In this document: one piece after another, positions 1-8,711 of the stretch
How the letters are laid out: every line of letters starts with the position of its first letter
Position numbering within the stretch: position 1 is the first letter of the stretch
The notes under the pieces: generated by a model
Databases searched by the model: none
Told to the model about the DNA's origin: nothing
What the model saw: only the letters and a program-made list of their open reading frames with translations
Program-made: the position numbers and the translations under genes
DNA from: Desulfomonilia bacterium
Lineage (GTDB): Bacteria > Desulfobacterota > Desulfomonilia > UBA1062
DNA: 59,455 nt
Assembly: GCA_049975365.1 (NCBI GenBank)
Contig: JBNGDS010000005.1
Span: forward strand, 17,541-76,995
Reading direction: 5' to 3'

Positions 1-62
1 AGGTTCTTTCAACGATCAGGCACACCAATATCAGACTCGGAGAACTCTCAGGAGAGGCCATC

Positions 63-1325
63 ATGGACAGGGTCCTCGATACGGCCAACGATCTGGGAGC
101 GAATGTCCTCCTCGCGTGCGTTGGGGATACGGCAAAAAAGGCGGATAGGATGTCCATGTGGCTGGATAAGATCCATGAAAAGAAGTATGCAATTGCCTAC
201 TTGGAGTCTGCGCCTGCGAAGGGGTGGGACAGTCGGCTCCTGTCACGACAGAACGAGATCAGCGTTCTGTGTTCACGGAATTACAGCCCCACAGGAACGC
301 TCTTTCGGACAGGGATAGCCCTGAAACAGCCGCTGTTCAGCTACAACACATTCGAACTCGGTAAAGCTTCAGACATGTTCAAGACATACTTTAAACGCAT
401 CGTTCAACAGATCATCTCAACAGGGGAGTTTCAGAATTTCGCACAGATCCTGCCCAAGCAGCCGTCCACCATCAGGGAAATCGATGGAGAAGAGATCATC
501 GTGAACTTTCCACCGAACTTCCTCACGGTAACATCTCCAACATACATCACCTTTTCCTTCTATGAAGACAACGAGTACGGGTTCATCTGCGCATCCCTAA
601 TCCCGAATCTCAAGGCACTTGGCCTGCTCTACAAGAACACCGAACTGGTGGACACAATCAGGAGCGATTCGATTCGGTACGAGGCGGTTACCAATATCCC
701 AGGACTATTTGGTGTTGACTGGATGATCAAGGCCCCGGACGAGATCATCAGGAGAGGCGGGGCAATGTCCACGAGCTCCTGTACCACCAATGGCAATATC
801 GTAGGCGATTTCATCATATTTCTCGCCTTGTACTGCTACTATGAGCACTTCTTCCCGGTCATGAAAGACTACTACACCTGCACGGAAGCAGCAGAGAAGA
901 TTGATCTGAAAGAGAAGATTGAGAAGAGATTTGCCGAATTCAATGGATTTTTAGGCGATCTCGTCGCACACAGGGCGAGGTTGATCAAGGCCGTGTTCAA
1001 CTTCTACTACGAGAACATCTCGTTCATCAACACAGACATGCAGCACGGTCTTACCCGATCCGAATCTCCGGATGTGGTGGAGTTTCTCAGAGAGACATCC
1101 TCCGGCTCACAGACTGAGGTACCCAAATTCCTATCTCTCCCAGAGAAAGAGCTCGATTATCTCATCGGACTCAAGGCATATCTCCAGGAGCAGATGGATC
1201 GGGAGAGCAGCGAGCAGGAAAAGGCTGCACTCTCTGAGCAGATTCAAAAGATCGATTCCAGTATCCACGCCATAGAGGAAAACATAAAAATCGTGAACAT
1301 CCTGGAGAATCTGTCGGGGAATTAA
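63..1325 (+). CDS. hypothetical protein, possibly 5'-truncated by the window edge
   Basis: Long ORF. The same frame has no stop from nt 3 to the ATG at 63, so the real start may lie upstream of the window. I recognise no family motif. The C-terminal ~70 aa are Glu/Lys/Gln-rich and coiled-coil-like. Confidence 0.55.
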   Translation: MDRVLDTANDLGANVLLACVGDTAKKADRMSMWLDKIHEKKYAIAYLESAPAKGWDSRLLSRQNEISVLCSRNYSPTGTLFRTGIALKQPLFSYNTFELGKASDMFKTYFKRIVQQIISTGEFQNFAQILPKQPSTIREIDGEEIIVNFPPNFLTVTSPTYITFSFYEDNEYGFICASLIPNLKALGLLYKNTELVDTIRSDSIRYEAVTNIPGLFGVDWMIKAPDEIIRRGGAMSTSSCTTNGNIVGDFIIFLALYCYYEHFFPVMKDYYTCTEAAEKIDLKEKIEKRFAEFNGFLGDLVAHRARLIKAVFNFYYENISFINTDMQHGLTRSESPDVVEFLRETSSGSQTEVPKFLSLPEKELDYLIGLKAYLQEQMDRESSEQEKAALSEQIQKIDSSIHAIEENIKIVNILENLSGN

Positions 1326-1370
1326 GAGCTTGACACTCTGTTTTTGTTTGGATTAAGAACCCTAAGGTAT

Positions 1371-1443
1371 GGGCCCATAGCTCAATTGGTAGAGCCACCG
1401 GCTCATAACCGGTAGGTCCCTGGTTCGATTCCAGGTGGGCCCA
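1371..1443 (+). tRNA. tRNA-Met (anticodon CAT), elongator type; tRNA-Ile2 (lysidine) not excluded
   Basis: 73-nt cloverleaf read by eye. Acceptor GGGCCCA/TGGGCCC, D-arm GCTC-AATTGGTA-GAGC, anticodon arm ACCGG-CTCATAA-CCGGT, T-arm CCTGG-TTCGATT-CCAGG, discriminator A, no encoded CCA. Positions 1 and 72 pair as G-C, so it is not initiator-like. Confidence 0.9.
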
Positions 1444-1525
1444 CATATTGGGGAAGAAGGCGTGAGTAAGGGATATATACATGAGACGCGTGCCACACTG
1501 AGAAAGGAGACAAAAGAGACAAGGG

Positions 1526-2323
1526 GTGCTAAATCTAGCATCCCTTTTTTTTATGCAGAAGATGGTGCTCAAGGATGTGCTGAAGATACTTGATGCGATT
1601 GCCCCGTTTGAGACCACCGAGGAATGGGATTCTACAGGTCTCATGGTGGGAGACCCTCAACAGGAGATCCGGTCGACACTGGTTGCCCTTGAGCCTTCAC
1701 TCGATGTCATCGATTCTGCGTGTGAACGCGGCATCGACCTTATCATCACCCACCATCCCCTGGTGTTTCAGCCGCTGCAGCGGATTGACCTTTCCCGAGT
1801 TGTTTCAAGGAAGATTGCTGAGCTCATTCGGCACGGGATTTCCCTGGTGAGCATGCACACGAACCTTGACAAGGCCCAGGGCGGGGTAGCCGATGAGCTT
1901 GCCAGGAGTCTATCTCTGCAGAATGTGAAACACTTCGGCATGCTGCGAGTGGGAACCACATCGGCTCCTGTTGGTCTCCATGCCTGGGTTCGAACACTCC
2001 CGTTTCGTCACGTGCGCATTGCCGACGCCTCCAGGGCAGTGCAGACCGTCGGATTCTGTCCCGGAAGTGGAATGGATTCCTGGATGCAGGCCCTTGATCT
2101 GGGCTGCGACACCTTCCTCACCGGGGATGTCCGGTACCATGCTGCGCTGGACGCGAAGGAGGCGGGCATGAACGTTGTAGATCCCGGCCATTTTGCCAGT
2201 GAAGAGATTATTGTGGAGCCGCTTTCCTCACGGCTCCGAGAAATGCTGCCCGGAATGGACATCAATGTTCACCACGGAGTGGATGTCTTTGAGTTCATAA
2301 CACAGAAGGAGAGAGAGGATTGA
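1526..2323 (+). CDS. Nif3-like dinuclear metal centre protein (YbgI/GTP cyclohydrolase I type 2 homologue family)
   Basis: Family-typical motifs: WDSTGLMVG, LIITHHP, SMHTNLD, GDVRYH. The start is uncertain: GTG 1526, or in-frame ATG at 1553 or 1562. Confidence 0.85.
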   Translation: MLNLASLFFMQKMVLKDVLKILDAIAPFETTEEWDSTGLMVGDPQQEIRSTLVALEPSLDVIDSACERGIDLIITHHPLVFQPLQRIDLSRVVSRKIAELIRHGISLVSMHTNLDKAQGGVADELARSLSLQNVKHFGMLRVGTTSAPVGLHAWVRTLPFRHVRIADASRAVQTVGFCPGSGMDSWMQALDLGCDTFLTGDVRYHAALDAKEAGMNVVDPGHFASEEIIVEPLSSRLREMLPGMDINVHHGVDVFEFITQKERED

Positions 2324-3039
2324 AAGATTTGTTAGCTGACCTGATAGCCCTGCAGAATGTAGAGATCGAGATCTACAAGGCTGAAGAAGGGCTGAAACAG
2401 ATCCCTAGTGAAATTGAAGAGATAGACAGTATCATCGCTGCTCGCAGAAAATCTTTTGATGCCATTGATGAAGAGATCGCGTCCCACGAGGAGCGGAAGA
2501 CTCAGCTCGAAACTGAGTTGAAGGAAAATCAGGCGATTCTCGATGCAGCAGACGCACGGATCAAACGGATCAAGACGAATAAGGAATACCTCGCCCTGCA
2601 GCGGGAGATAGACCTCGCGAAAAAGCGGAAGGCGGATCTCGAAGACCACGTGCTGGCCATTATGGAAAAGATCGACAAGAAAATCGTGGAACGTGACCGG
2701 ATTCAGCACTCGTTTGACGCGGACAGGGTGATCCTGGATGAGAAGAAAGAAAAGCTCCTCGAACAGATCAGACAGCTCGAGGCAGTGCGGGATGAATACA
2801 AGGGCCAGGACGATCACCTGAGAAAGACCGTGGACCCGCCACTCCTATCCAAGTACGACAGGATCAAACAGAGCAAAAAGGGCCTTGCCGTGGTGGAATG
2901 CATCGACGGGGTCTGCAGGGGATGTCACATGCACATTCCGCCCCAGCTGTTCAACGACCTTGTCAGGGGCGACAGGCTCATCAACTGTCCGGTGTGCCAG
3001 CGGATCCTGTTCGTGAAGGCAGATTCAGATGAAGGCTGA
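2320..3039 (+). CDS. zinc-ribbon/coiled-coil protein (DUF164, C4-type zinc ribbon family)
   Basis: Long coiled-coil followed by CxxC...CxxC (CRGCHM ... CPVCQRIL). It overlaps the Nif3 gene by 4 nt, which is the conserved Nif3-DUF164 pairing. Confidence 0.85.
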   Translation: MKDLLADLIALQNVEIEIYKAEEGLKQIPSEIEEIDSIIAARRKSFDAIDEEIASHEERKTQLETELKENQAILDAADARIKRIKTNKEYLALQREIDLAKKRKADLEDHVLAIMEKIDKKIVERDRIQHSFDADRVILDEKKEKLLEQIRQLEAVRDEYKGQDDHLRKTVDPPLLSKYDRIKQSKKGLAVVECIDGVCRGCHMHIPPQLFNDLVRGDRLINCPVCQRILFVKADSDEG

Positions 3040-3384
3040 AGATCACATTCACTCATAGTCTCTGATCGATGAGAATACCCTGTAATCAAGAGATCAGACA
3101 CACGGCTTAGAACATATACCTTGAACACGCTGTTCGGCCATGGTATGAGGAACACACTGAAGCACTGTAAGAGTTCTTTCAACAACCCTCCTTTCAAGGC
3201 GTGAGCGCACGGATTTTTCAGTGCATCAAGCCTGATATTTTTATCCCTAAAGTTTTTTTGAAAACATCCGTAAAGATAGAGAAATGCGAAAAGGACAAAA
3301 ACGGACTCCAGAGATGCAAATTTGTAACCGGCTTAATACATACCCTGTTAAGCGAATCATTCATACCTAAAGGAGGAGCAAAAA

Positions 3385-3852
3385 ATGGTGAGATCTGACA
3401 AGAAAGGTTTTACGTTGATCGAATTGATGATCGTCGTGGCGATCATCGGTGTTCTGGCTGCCGTAGCCATCCCCGCATACTCGGGCTATGTGAAGAGAGC
3501 GAGGATGAGTGAGGTCACCAACGCGATGGGTGCCCTGGGCAGCGCAGCGGTGGAGATCTATCAGGCAAGCGGGAACATGCCCGATCTGGTCACCACGATC
3601 GCGCAGATTGACAACTCGTTCGGTATCACGATCCCGCCCACCTATGTCAGCACGGTTCAGTTTGATGGTCAGGATGTCGATGCTGATCCGGCTGGCGATC
3701 TTGAGACCGGTGTGATCACAGTCACCTTCAATGACGTCATCGGCAGTGAATTCCTGGATAGGACCATCGAACTCACGGTGAGGCAGGGAACCAGGGGCTC
3801 CTGGTCCGGCGGCACCAATCCGGTCCCATCAGGCTACATCCCCAAGAACTAG
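3385..3852 (+). CDS. type IV pilin (prepilin with N-terminal methylation motif)
   Basis: [27 protein letters not shown] prepilin cleavage and hydrophobic helix motif. Strong SD AAAGGAGGAG lies 6 nt upstream. Confidence 0.9.
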   Translation: MVRSDKKGFTLIELMIVVAIIGVLAAVAIPAYSGYVKRARMSEVTNAMGALGSAAVEIYQASGNMPDLVTTIAQIDNSFGITIPPTYVSTVQFDGQDVDADPAGDLETGVITVTFNDVIGSEFLDRTIELTVRQGTRGSWSGGTNPVPSGYIPKN

Positions 3853-3878
3853 CCTGAAAGAAGGTATCACGTAGCAAA

Positions 3879-3906
3879 AGCCCGGCTTTATGCCGGGCTT
3901 TTTTTA
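3879..3906 (+). terminator. rho-independent terminator after the pilin gene
   Basis: AGCCCGGC-TTTAT-GCCGGGCT followed by a T-run. Confidence 0.85.
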
Positions 3907-3980
3907 TGGCGTGTCATGGAGGGGATGCACGGGGAAGCGATCAGTTGCTAGACGAGCCCTGCCCGTGATAGAGGTCAGTC

Positions 3981-4862
3981 ATGGGGCTGGACAGCACAGT
4001 GCCCGGTGATGAGGGTGTTCCCCGCAGCATGATCTGCACCCCGGAAGCCATTTCGCCTGGCATGATCAGGGGATTCCGAGATCTCGTCTACCACTACTAC
4101 AGAGAGCAGGGGAGAACCTTTCCCTGGAGGGAAACCACAGACCCGTATCGCATCCTCGTCTCCGAGATCATGCTCCAGCAGACGCAGACCGAGCGGGTCA
4201 TTCCGAAGTACCTGGAATTCCTGGATGCCTACCCGGATTTTCCGACACTTGCACGGGCACAGAAGAGGTCAGTGCTTGCCCTGTGGAAAGGGCTCGGATA
4301 CAACCGAAGGGCCCTTGTGCTTCTGGAGATCGCGCAGAAGGTCATGGAAGACTGTTCCGGCAGGCTTCCCGCATCCAGAGAGGAACTTCTTTCGTTTCCC
4401 GGGATCGGACCATCCACTGCAGGGGCGATCATGGCCTTTGCCCACAATGTACCGGAGGTGTTCATCGAGACCAACATCCGCAGGGTGTACATCCACGTTT
4501 TCTTTCCGGGCCAGGAGGGGATCAGGGACAGGGAGATCCTGCCTCTAGTGGACGTTACCCTGGACAGGGACAACCCCCGCCAGTGGTATACCGCCCTCAT
4601 GGATTACGGCGTCATGCTCAGGAAACGTACGGACAACCCCAACAGGAGGAGCGCACACTACGCGCGGCAGGGGGCATTTGAACACTCTACCAGGCAGATC
4701 AGGGGAAGGATCCTTGCAGCTCTCCTCGAAAAATCTCCCAGGGAAGGTGATGACCTCGCCAGGGGAATAGGGGCAGATCCCCGCAGAGTGGGAGAGATCA
4801 TTACGGCACTGGAAACAGAGGGGTTCATCACCCGGAGAGGGAAAAAGATCGATCTGGCCTGA
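3981..4862 (+). CDS. HhH-GPD base-excision glycosylase (MutY/EndoIII-like) with a C-terminal winged-helix-like tail
   Basis: PWR...PYRILVSEIMLQQTQ, GLGYNRRA and FPGIGPSTAGAIMAFA (HhH-GPD) motifs. No 4-Cys Fe-S loop is visible. The start may be an internal Met. Confidence 0.75.
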   Translation: MGLDSTVPGDEGVPRSMICTPEAISPGMIRGFRDLVYHYYREQGRTFPWRETTDPYRILVSEIMLQQTQTERVIPKYLEFLDAYPDFPTLARAQKRSVLALWKGLGYNRRALVLLEIAQKVMEDCSGRLPASREELLSFPGIGPSTAGAIMAFAHNVPEVFIETNIRRVYIHVFFPGQEGIRDREILPLVDVTLDRDNPRQWYTALMDYGVMLRKRTDNPNRRSAHYARQGAFEHSTRQIRGRILAALLEKSPREGDDLARGIGADPRRVGEIITALETEGFITRRGKKIDLA

Positions 4863-4866
4863 ACCC

Positions 4867-5463
4867 TCAGATCTCTGACTCCTGAACGGGGGGAACAGGA
4901 GATAATGCTGCCTCGAGATCCTCCCAGAATCGCGCTCGTTTCTCCGATGTGGGATCGGACAGGGCAGGGAATTCCAGAAACGGCACGTCAATGCCCTCCC
5001 GGAGGAATTCCTCGGAGAGAATCTCTGCCATGATGCCCATGAGAACCGGATCATCCTTTCCCGGTCTGTCTTCGGGGTTGGGGGATTCGGTTCCATACTT
5101 GTTCACCTTGTGCTTCCCCCAGTGAATGCCGCAGGTCGGGCTGTTCTCAAGGCCGATGAAGCAGCTTAACGTGTAGCGGTTCTTGATGAATTCCTTGACC
5201 ATGAGCAGAGGAACCTTGAGGAGTTCCTTGCAGTGATCCCTGAAAAAGATGTTGTCGTACTGCTGACGTCCCTGAGGGTTGCGCATCAAGCCCATTGCCG
5301 TTGTCTCAGGACAGGAATACTGGATGATGCCGATATTCTTCCTCAACAGATAGTTCATCAGTTCCAAAGACAAGGGAAAATTCTGGCCAAGGATGTGAAC
5401 CCTGCAGTAGGGATTGACGAGACACTGGCAGATGAGGACGATTCGTTTGTTCTTTCTGCTCAT
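4867..5463 (-). CDS. Cys-rich hypothetical protein (possibly DUF523/TudS-related)
   Basis: Clean ORF, convergent with the glycosylase gene with a 4-nt gap. N-terminal VLICQCLVNPYCRV and later SCPE / SPTCG Cys motifs. The family assignment is tentative. Confidence 0.55.
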   Translation of the reverse strand: MSRKNKRIVLICQCLVNPYCRVHILGQNFPLSLELMNYLLRKNIGIIQYSCPETTAMGLMRNPQGRQQYDNIFFRDHCKELLKVPLLMVKEFIKNRYTLSCFIGLENSPTCGIHWGKHKVNKYGTESPNPEDRPGKDDPVLMGIMAEILSEEFLREGIDVPFLEFPALSDPTSEKRARFWEDLEAALSPVPPVQESEI

Positions 5464-5688
5464 ACGCTTGACCTTTCCAGCACTATGGATATCTGTCTGT
5501 TATACGCCGTGCATGAAAAAATGCAATGCCCCACTGACCATGGTAAACATGAGGGAGCTGTACGACGTCGGATACATGGCTCTGTGACAAACACCCCCGG
5601 CTGTGGTACACTGCCTATGAAATCAGTGGATACGCTTAAACCGAATGTGTATAGAGAGAGCCTGTATTGGGGAGGGAGAAGAATCAGG

Positions 5689-7083
5689 ATGAATCAGGAG
5701 ACAATACGAGCATTGATCAACCCTGAGTCCATTGCACTGGTGGGAATACCGAGGGGATTCAAACCGGGAAAAGTGTTTCTGCTGGGACTGCTCGATCAGG
5801 GGTATCAGGGCAGGATCCACCTGGTGCACCCTTGTGCCGGGGTCATCGATGGAATGACTGCGCATGCCTCCCTGATGGATGTGCCGGAATCTGTTGATAT
5901 GGTCATTGTTCTGTCCCCGAGGGAGAGTGTCTGGGATGTCCTTCACCAGTGCACACAGAAAAACGTGAAGGTCGTGGTGCTCTATACATCGGGATTCTCT
6001 GAATGGTCAGGGGAGCAGGGAAGCGAGGATGAAGCGAGTATGCGCAATATTGCGCACTCTGGAGGGTTCAGGATTATCGGCCCGAATTGCATGGGGATCT
6101 ACTGCCCGGAGGCTAGGCTTGCCCCGTTCCCGTTCATGCCGAAGCACTCAGGAAGAATCGGGTTTCTCACCCAGAGCGGATCCCTCATGACTCTCTTCAT
6201 CAATACGTGTTCTGCAAAAAAACTCTTCTTCCATTCGGTCATCAGCATCGGGAACAGTTGCGATATCGATCTGATCGATCTCATCGAGTGGATGTATTCC
6301 GAGGAGAAGGTAGGCATGATCTGCTCGTACTGCGAGGGGGTGGATGATCCCGGGGCCCTGCAGGCTGTGCTCCGGAAATTCTCCGGGAGAAAACCCCCCA
6401 TCATGTGGAAAGTGGGAAACACAGACGCAGGCAGAAAGGCGGCGGCGTCTCATACCGGATCCATTGCAGGACAGAGCCATCTTTGGGAAGGGATGTTCCG
6501 GCAGTTCGGCGTCATCCAGGTCTCGGATATCGAGGAGATGACGGATAGTGTCATGGCGTTCTCCCATCTCCCGCTGACTGGCTCCGGCAGGGTCGTCATT
6601 GTATCCGGGCCAGGTGGCCCCGCCGTTTCCGCGGCCGATGCAGTGGAACGGAATGCCTTGACGATGGCCTCTCTTTCTGGACCCACCAGACGAAGGCTGG
6701 AAAAGATTCTCCCCCCTACGGGGACATCTCTGGCCAATCCCGTAGACGTGGGGCTCGGGGCATCGTTTGAGCTGGGCTACTACCTGGATGCCCTCGAGAT
6801 CCTTGTCGAAGATCCGGGCATCGATGCCATCATGGTCCTGGGGGGAGGGGCGACCGACGAACTGAATCAGGCGTATGTGGAGGGAATCCTCAGGGTGAAA
6901 CAGACCTCGGACAAGCACATCATTGCCATCGCGTACCCGGGATTCATCCAGGATGAAGAGGTTCTCGTGCCCCTGTACGAGCAGGGAATCCCTGTGTACA
7001 CCACACCGGAGAGGGCAATGCGAGCCTATGCCCGACTCATGGCCTTTGCCAGGTTTCAGAAGGAACGGGCTGGTTACGGGTAG
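5689..7083 (+). CDS. CoA-binding / ADP-forming acyl-CoA synthetase alpha-type protein (no ATP-grasp domain)
   Basis: IALVG...GP, IIGPNCMG, GFLTQSG and PVDVG motifs of the succinyl-CoA-synthetase-like fold. The ATG at 5689 is preceded by GGAGGGAG. The 5233-5688 part of the tracked ORF overlaps the divergent gene and looks non-coding. Confidence 0.75.
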   Translation: MNQETIRALINPESIALVGIPRGFKPGKVFLLGLLDQGYQGRIHLVHPCAGVIDGMTAHASLMDVPESVDMVIVLSPRESVWDVLHQCTQKNVKVVVLYTSGFSEWSGEQGSEDEASMRNIAHSGGFRIIGPNCMGIYCPEARLAPFPFMPKHSGRIGFLTQSGSLMTLFINTCSAKKLFFHSVISIGNSCDIDLIDLIEWMYSEEKVGMICSYCEGVDDPGALQAVLRKFSGRKPPIMWKVGNTDAGRKAAASHTGSIAGQSHLWEGMFRQFGVIQVSDIEEMTDSVMAFSHLPLTGSGRVVIVSGPGGPAVSAADAVERNALTMASLSGPTRRRLEKILPPTGTSLANPVDVGLGASFELGYYLDALEILVEDPGIDAIMVLGGGATDELNQAYVEGILRVKQTSDKHIIAIAYPGFIQDEEVLVPLYEQGIPVYTTPERAMRAYARLMAFARFQKERAGYG

Positions 7084-7124
7084 TGAAGGAAATCAGGGTC
7101 GGTGTGCATTTTCTTTATTTCAAG

Positions 7125-7197
7125 TGCCCCCGGCAAGAATCGAACTTGCGACACCGGGATTAGGAATCCCGTGCTCTATCCCCTGAGCTACGGGGGC
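7125..7197 (-). tRNA. tRNA-Arg (anticodon CCT)
   Basis: Reverse complement folds as GCCCCCG-TA-GCTC-AGGGGATA-GAGC-A-CGGGA-TTCCTAA-TCCCG-GTGTC-GCAAG-TTCGATT-CTTGC-CGGGGGC-A (73 nt). Confidence 0.9.
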
Positions 7198-7469
7198 ATG
7201 CGGCTTTCTTAAACTCCCTGGCAGGAGGAGTCAAGGGGAAAATACCTCTTTGAGCTCTGTGCAGCAGAGGGCCTGCATGCGCTTCAGGAGCCGTTCTGCC
7301 GCACGTAAATGACCGAAGGGAAGCTAGCGTTCTCCCTAACATATCCCCAGCCCTTCGGGAAACTCGAGGTTCTTCTCAGGGGAGATGGGTGGGCAGTCTT
7401 TCCCAAACACTGGGACGGGTGATTTTACCTTGTGCTGGAAGGGACGGCTGCGGTATACCCAGCCTTGGT

Positions 7470-8711
7470 ATGAATACCCCCGAGATACTCGCCCCGGCAG
7501 GGAGTTTGGAGACCCTGGAGACCGCCTGTCTCTATGGTGCGGAGGCCGTCTATCTCGGACTCAAGGGGGAAACGAACCTTCGCTCGGCAGCGCGGAATTT
7601 CAGCATCGAGGAGCTTGCGCAGGCCGTCTCCTTTGCCCATGAAAGAGGGGTCAGGGTCTACCTTGCTCTCAATACCTATCCCCACGATGATCAGCTCTCG
7701 GGCTTCCCCGAAATCATACGTGCTGCAGCTGAGGCCGGAGTGGATGCCATGATCGTCTCGGATATCGGGGTGCTGACCATGGTGAGGGAGAATGCCCCGT
7801 CCATGCAGATTCACCTGAGCACCCAGGCCAATGCGGTCAACTCTTGTGCCGTCAACGCCTGGGCAGGGCTTGGGGTATCCCGCGTGATCCTGGCCCGGGA
7901 GCTCTCGTCCCGGGAAATTCAGCATATTCGTAAACAATGCCCGGTGGAAATCGAGATATTCGTTCACGGGAGTATCTGCATCTCGATGTCCGGGAGGTGC
8001 CTGATCAGCGCCTATCTGTGCAACCGGGACGCGAACCGGGGTTCATGCACCCAGCCATGCAGGTGGGATTATGCCCTCCTCGAACGGACACGACAGGGCC
8101 AGTACATGCCCGTGATGGAGGAAGACGGGTATACGTTTCTCTACAACTCGAAAGACCTTTGCCTCCTGCCGGTCATGGGAGAGGTGATGAGGCTCGGTGT
8201 TAATGGACTCAAGATCGAGGGGAGAAATAAGACCGCACTGTACGTTGCGACCGCAACCAGCGTCTACCGAACGGCGCGGGACACATATCTCAGGGATCCC
8301 GAGCGGTTTTGTGTCCGCAGACACTGGCTGGAGGAGATCGGGAAGATCAGCAACAGGGAGTATTTCACGGGGTTTTTCAGTCAGGAGCCAGATGAGAGCG
8401 GCGTACACTATCAGTTCCAAGGGTATACCCATACCCACCACCTCGCCGCAAAGGTTCTCTCCGTTCACGGTGATTCCGTCCTGTTCGAGGCGAGGAATCC
8501 CTTGATTGAAGGGATGGATCTGGAGTGGCTCTCATCAGGAGGGGAGAGGCAGAGTTTCGTGCTCACCGATGCCATCAGAGAGGGAACGCCTGTGAAGAGA
8601 ATCCGCCCCAATGAACTCTTCGAGATAAAAACCCCCTTTGTTCCAAAGCCCGGGGAACTCGTTCGGAAACCATTAAGTGAGGGGGACAAGATCCTGGAGG
8701 GGAGGGAGTAG
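7470..8711 (+). CDS. peptidase U32 family protein
   Basis: EILAPAGS, YLG, ELSS.EI and CxxxxxxCNRDANRGSCTQPCR motifs typical of U32. Start taken at MNTPEIL. Confidence 0.85.
   Translation: MNTPEILAPAGSLETLETACLYGAEAVYLGLKGETNLRSAARNFSIEELAQAVSFAHERGVRVYLALNTYPHDDQLSGFPEIIRAAAEAGVDAMIVSDIGVLTMVRENAPSMQIHLSTQANAVNSCAVNAWAGLGVSRVILARELSSREIQHIRKQCPVEIEIFVHGSICISMSGRCLISAYLCNRDANRGSCTQPCRWDYALLERTRQGQYMPVMEEDGYTFLYNSKDLCLLPVMGEVMRLGVNGLKIEGRNKTALYVATATSVYRTARDTYLRDPERFCVRRHWLEEIGKISNREYFTGFFSQEPDESGVHYQFQGYTHTHHLAAKVLSVHGDSVLFEARNPLIEGMDLEWLSSGGERQSFVLTDAIREGTPVKRIRPNELFEIKTPFVPKPGELVRKPLSEGDKILEGRE

Noticed and set aside
3040-3384. Searched for RNase P RNA or another structured RNA, and for a sigma54 promoter, between the zinc-ribbon gene and the pilin gene
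   Set aside because: Only a 7-bp inverted repeat (TCTGATC/GATCAGA) was found. There are no conserved RNase P motifs and no GG-N10-GC promoter match.
5233-5688. N-terminal 152 codons of the tracked 616-aa ORF
   Set aside because: This part overlaps the divergent gene 4867-5463 and the intergenic region. The family-typical N-terminus and a GGAGGGAG SD appear at ATG 5689.
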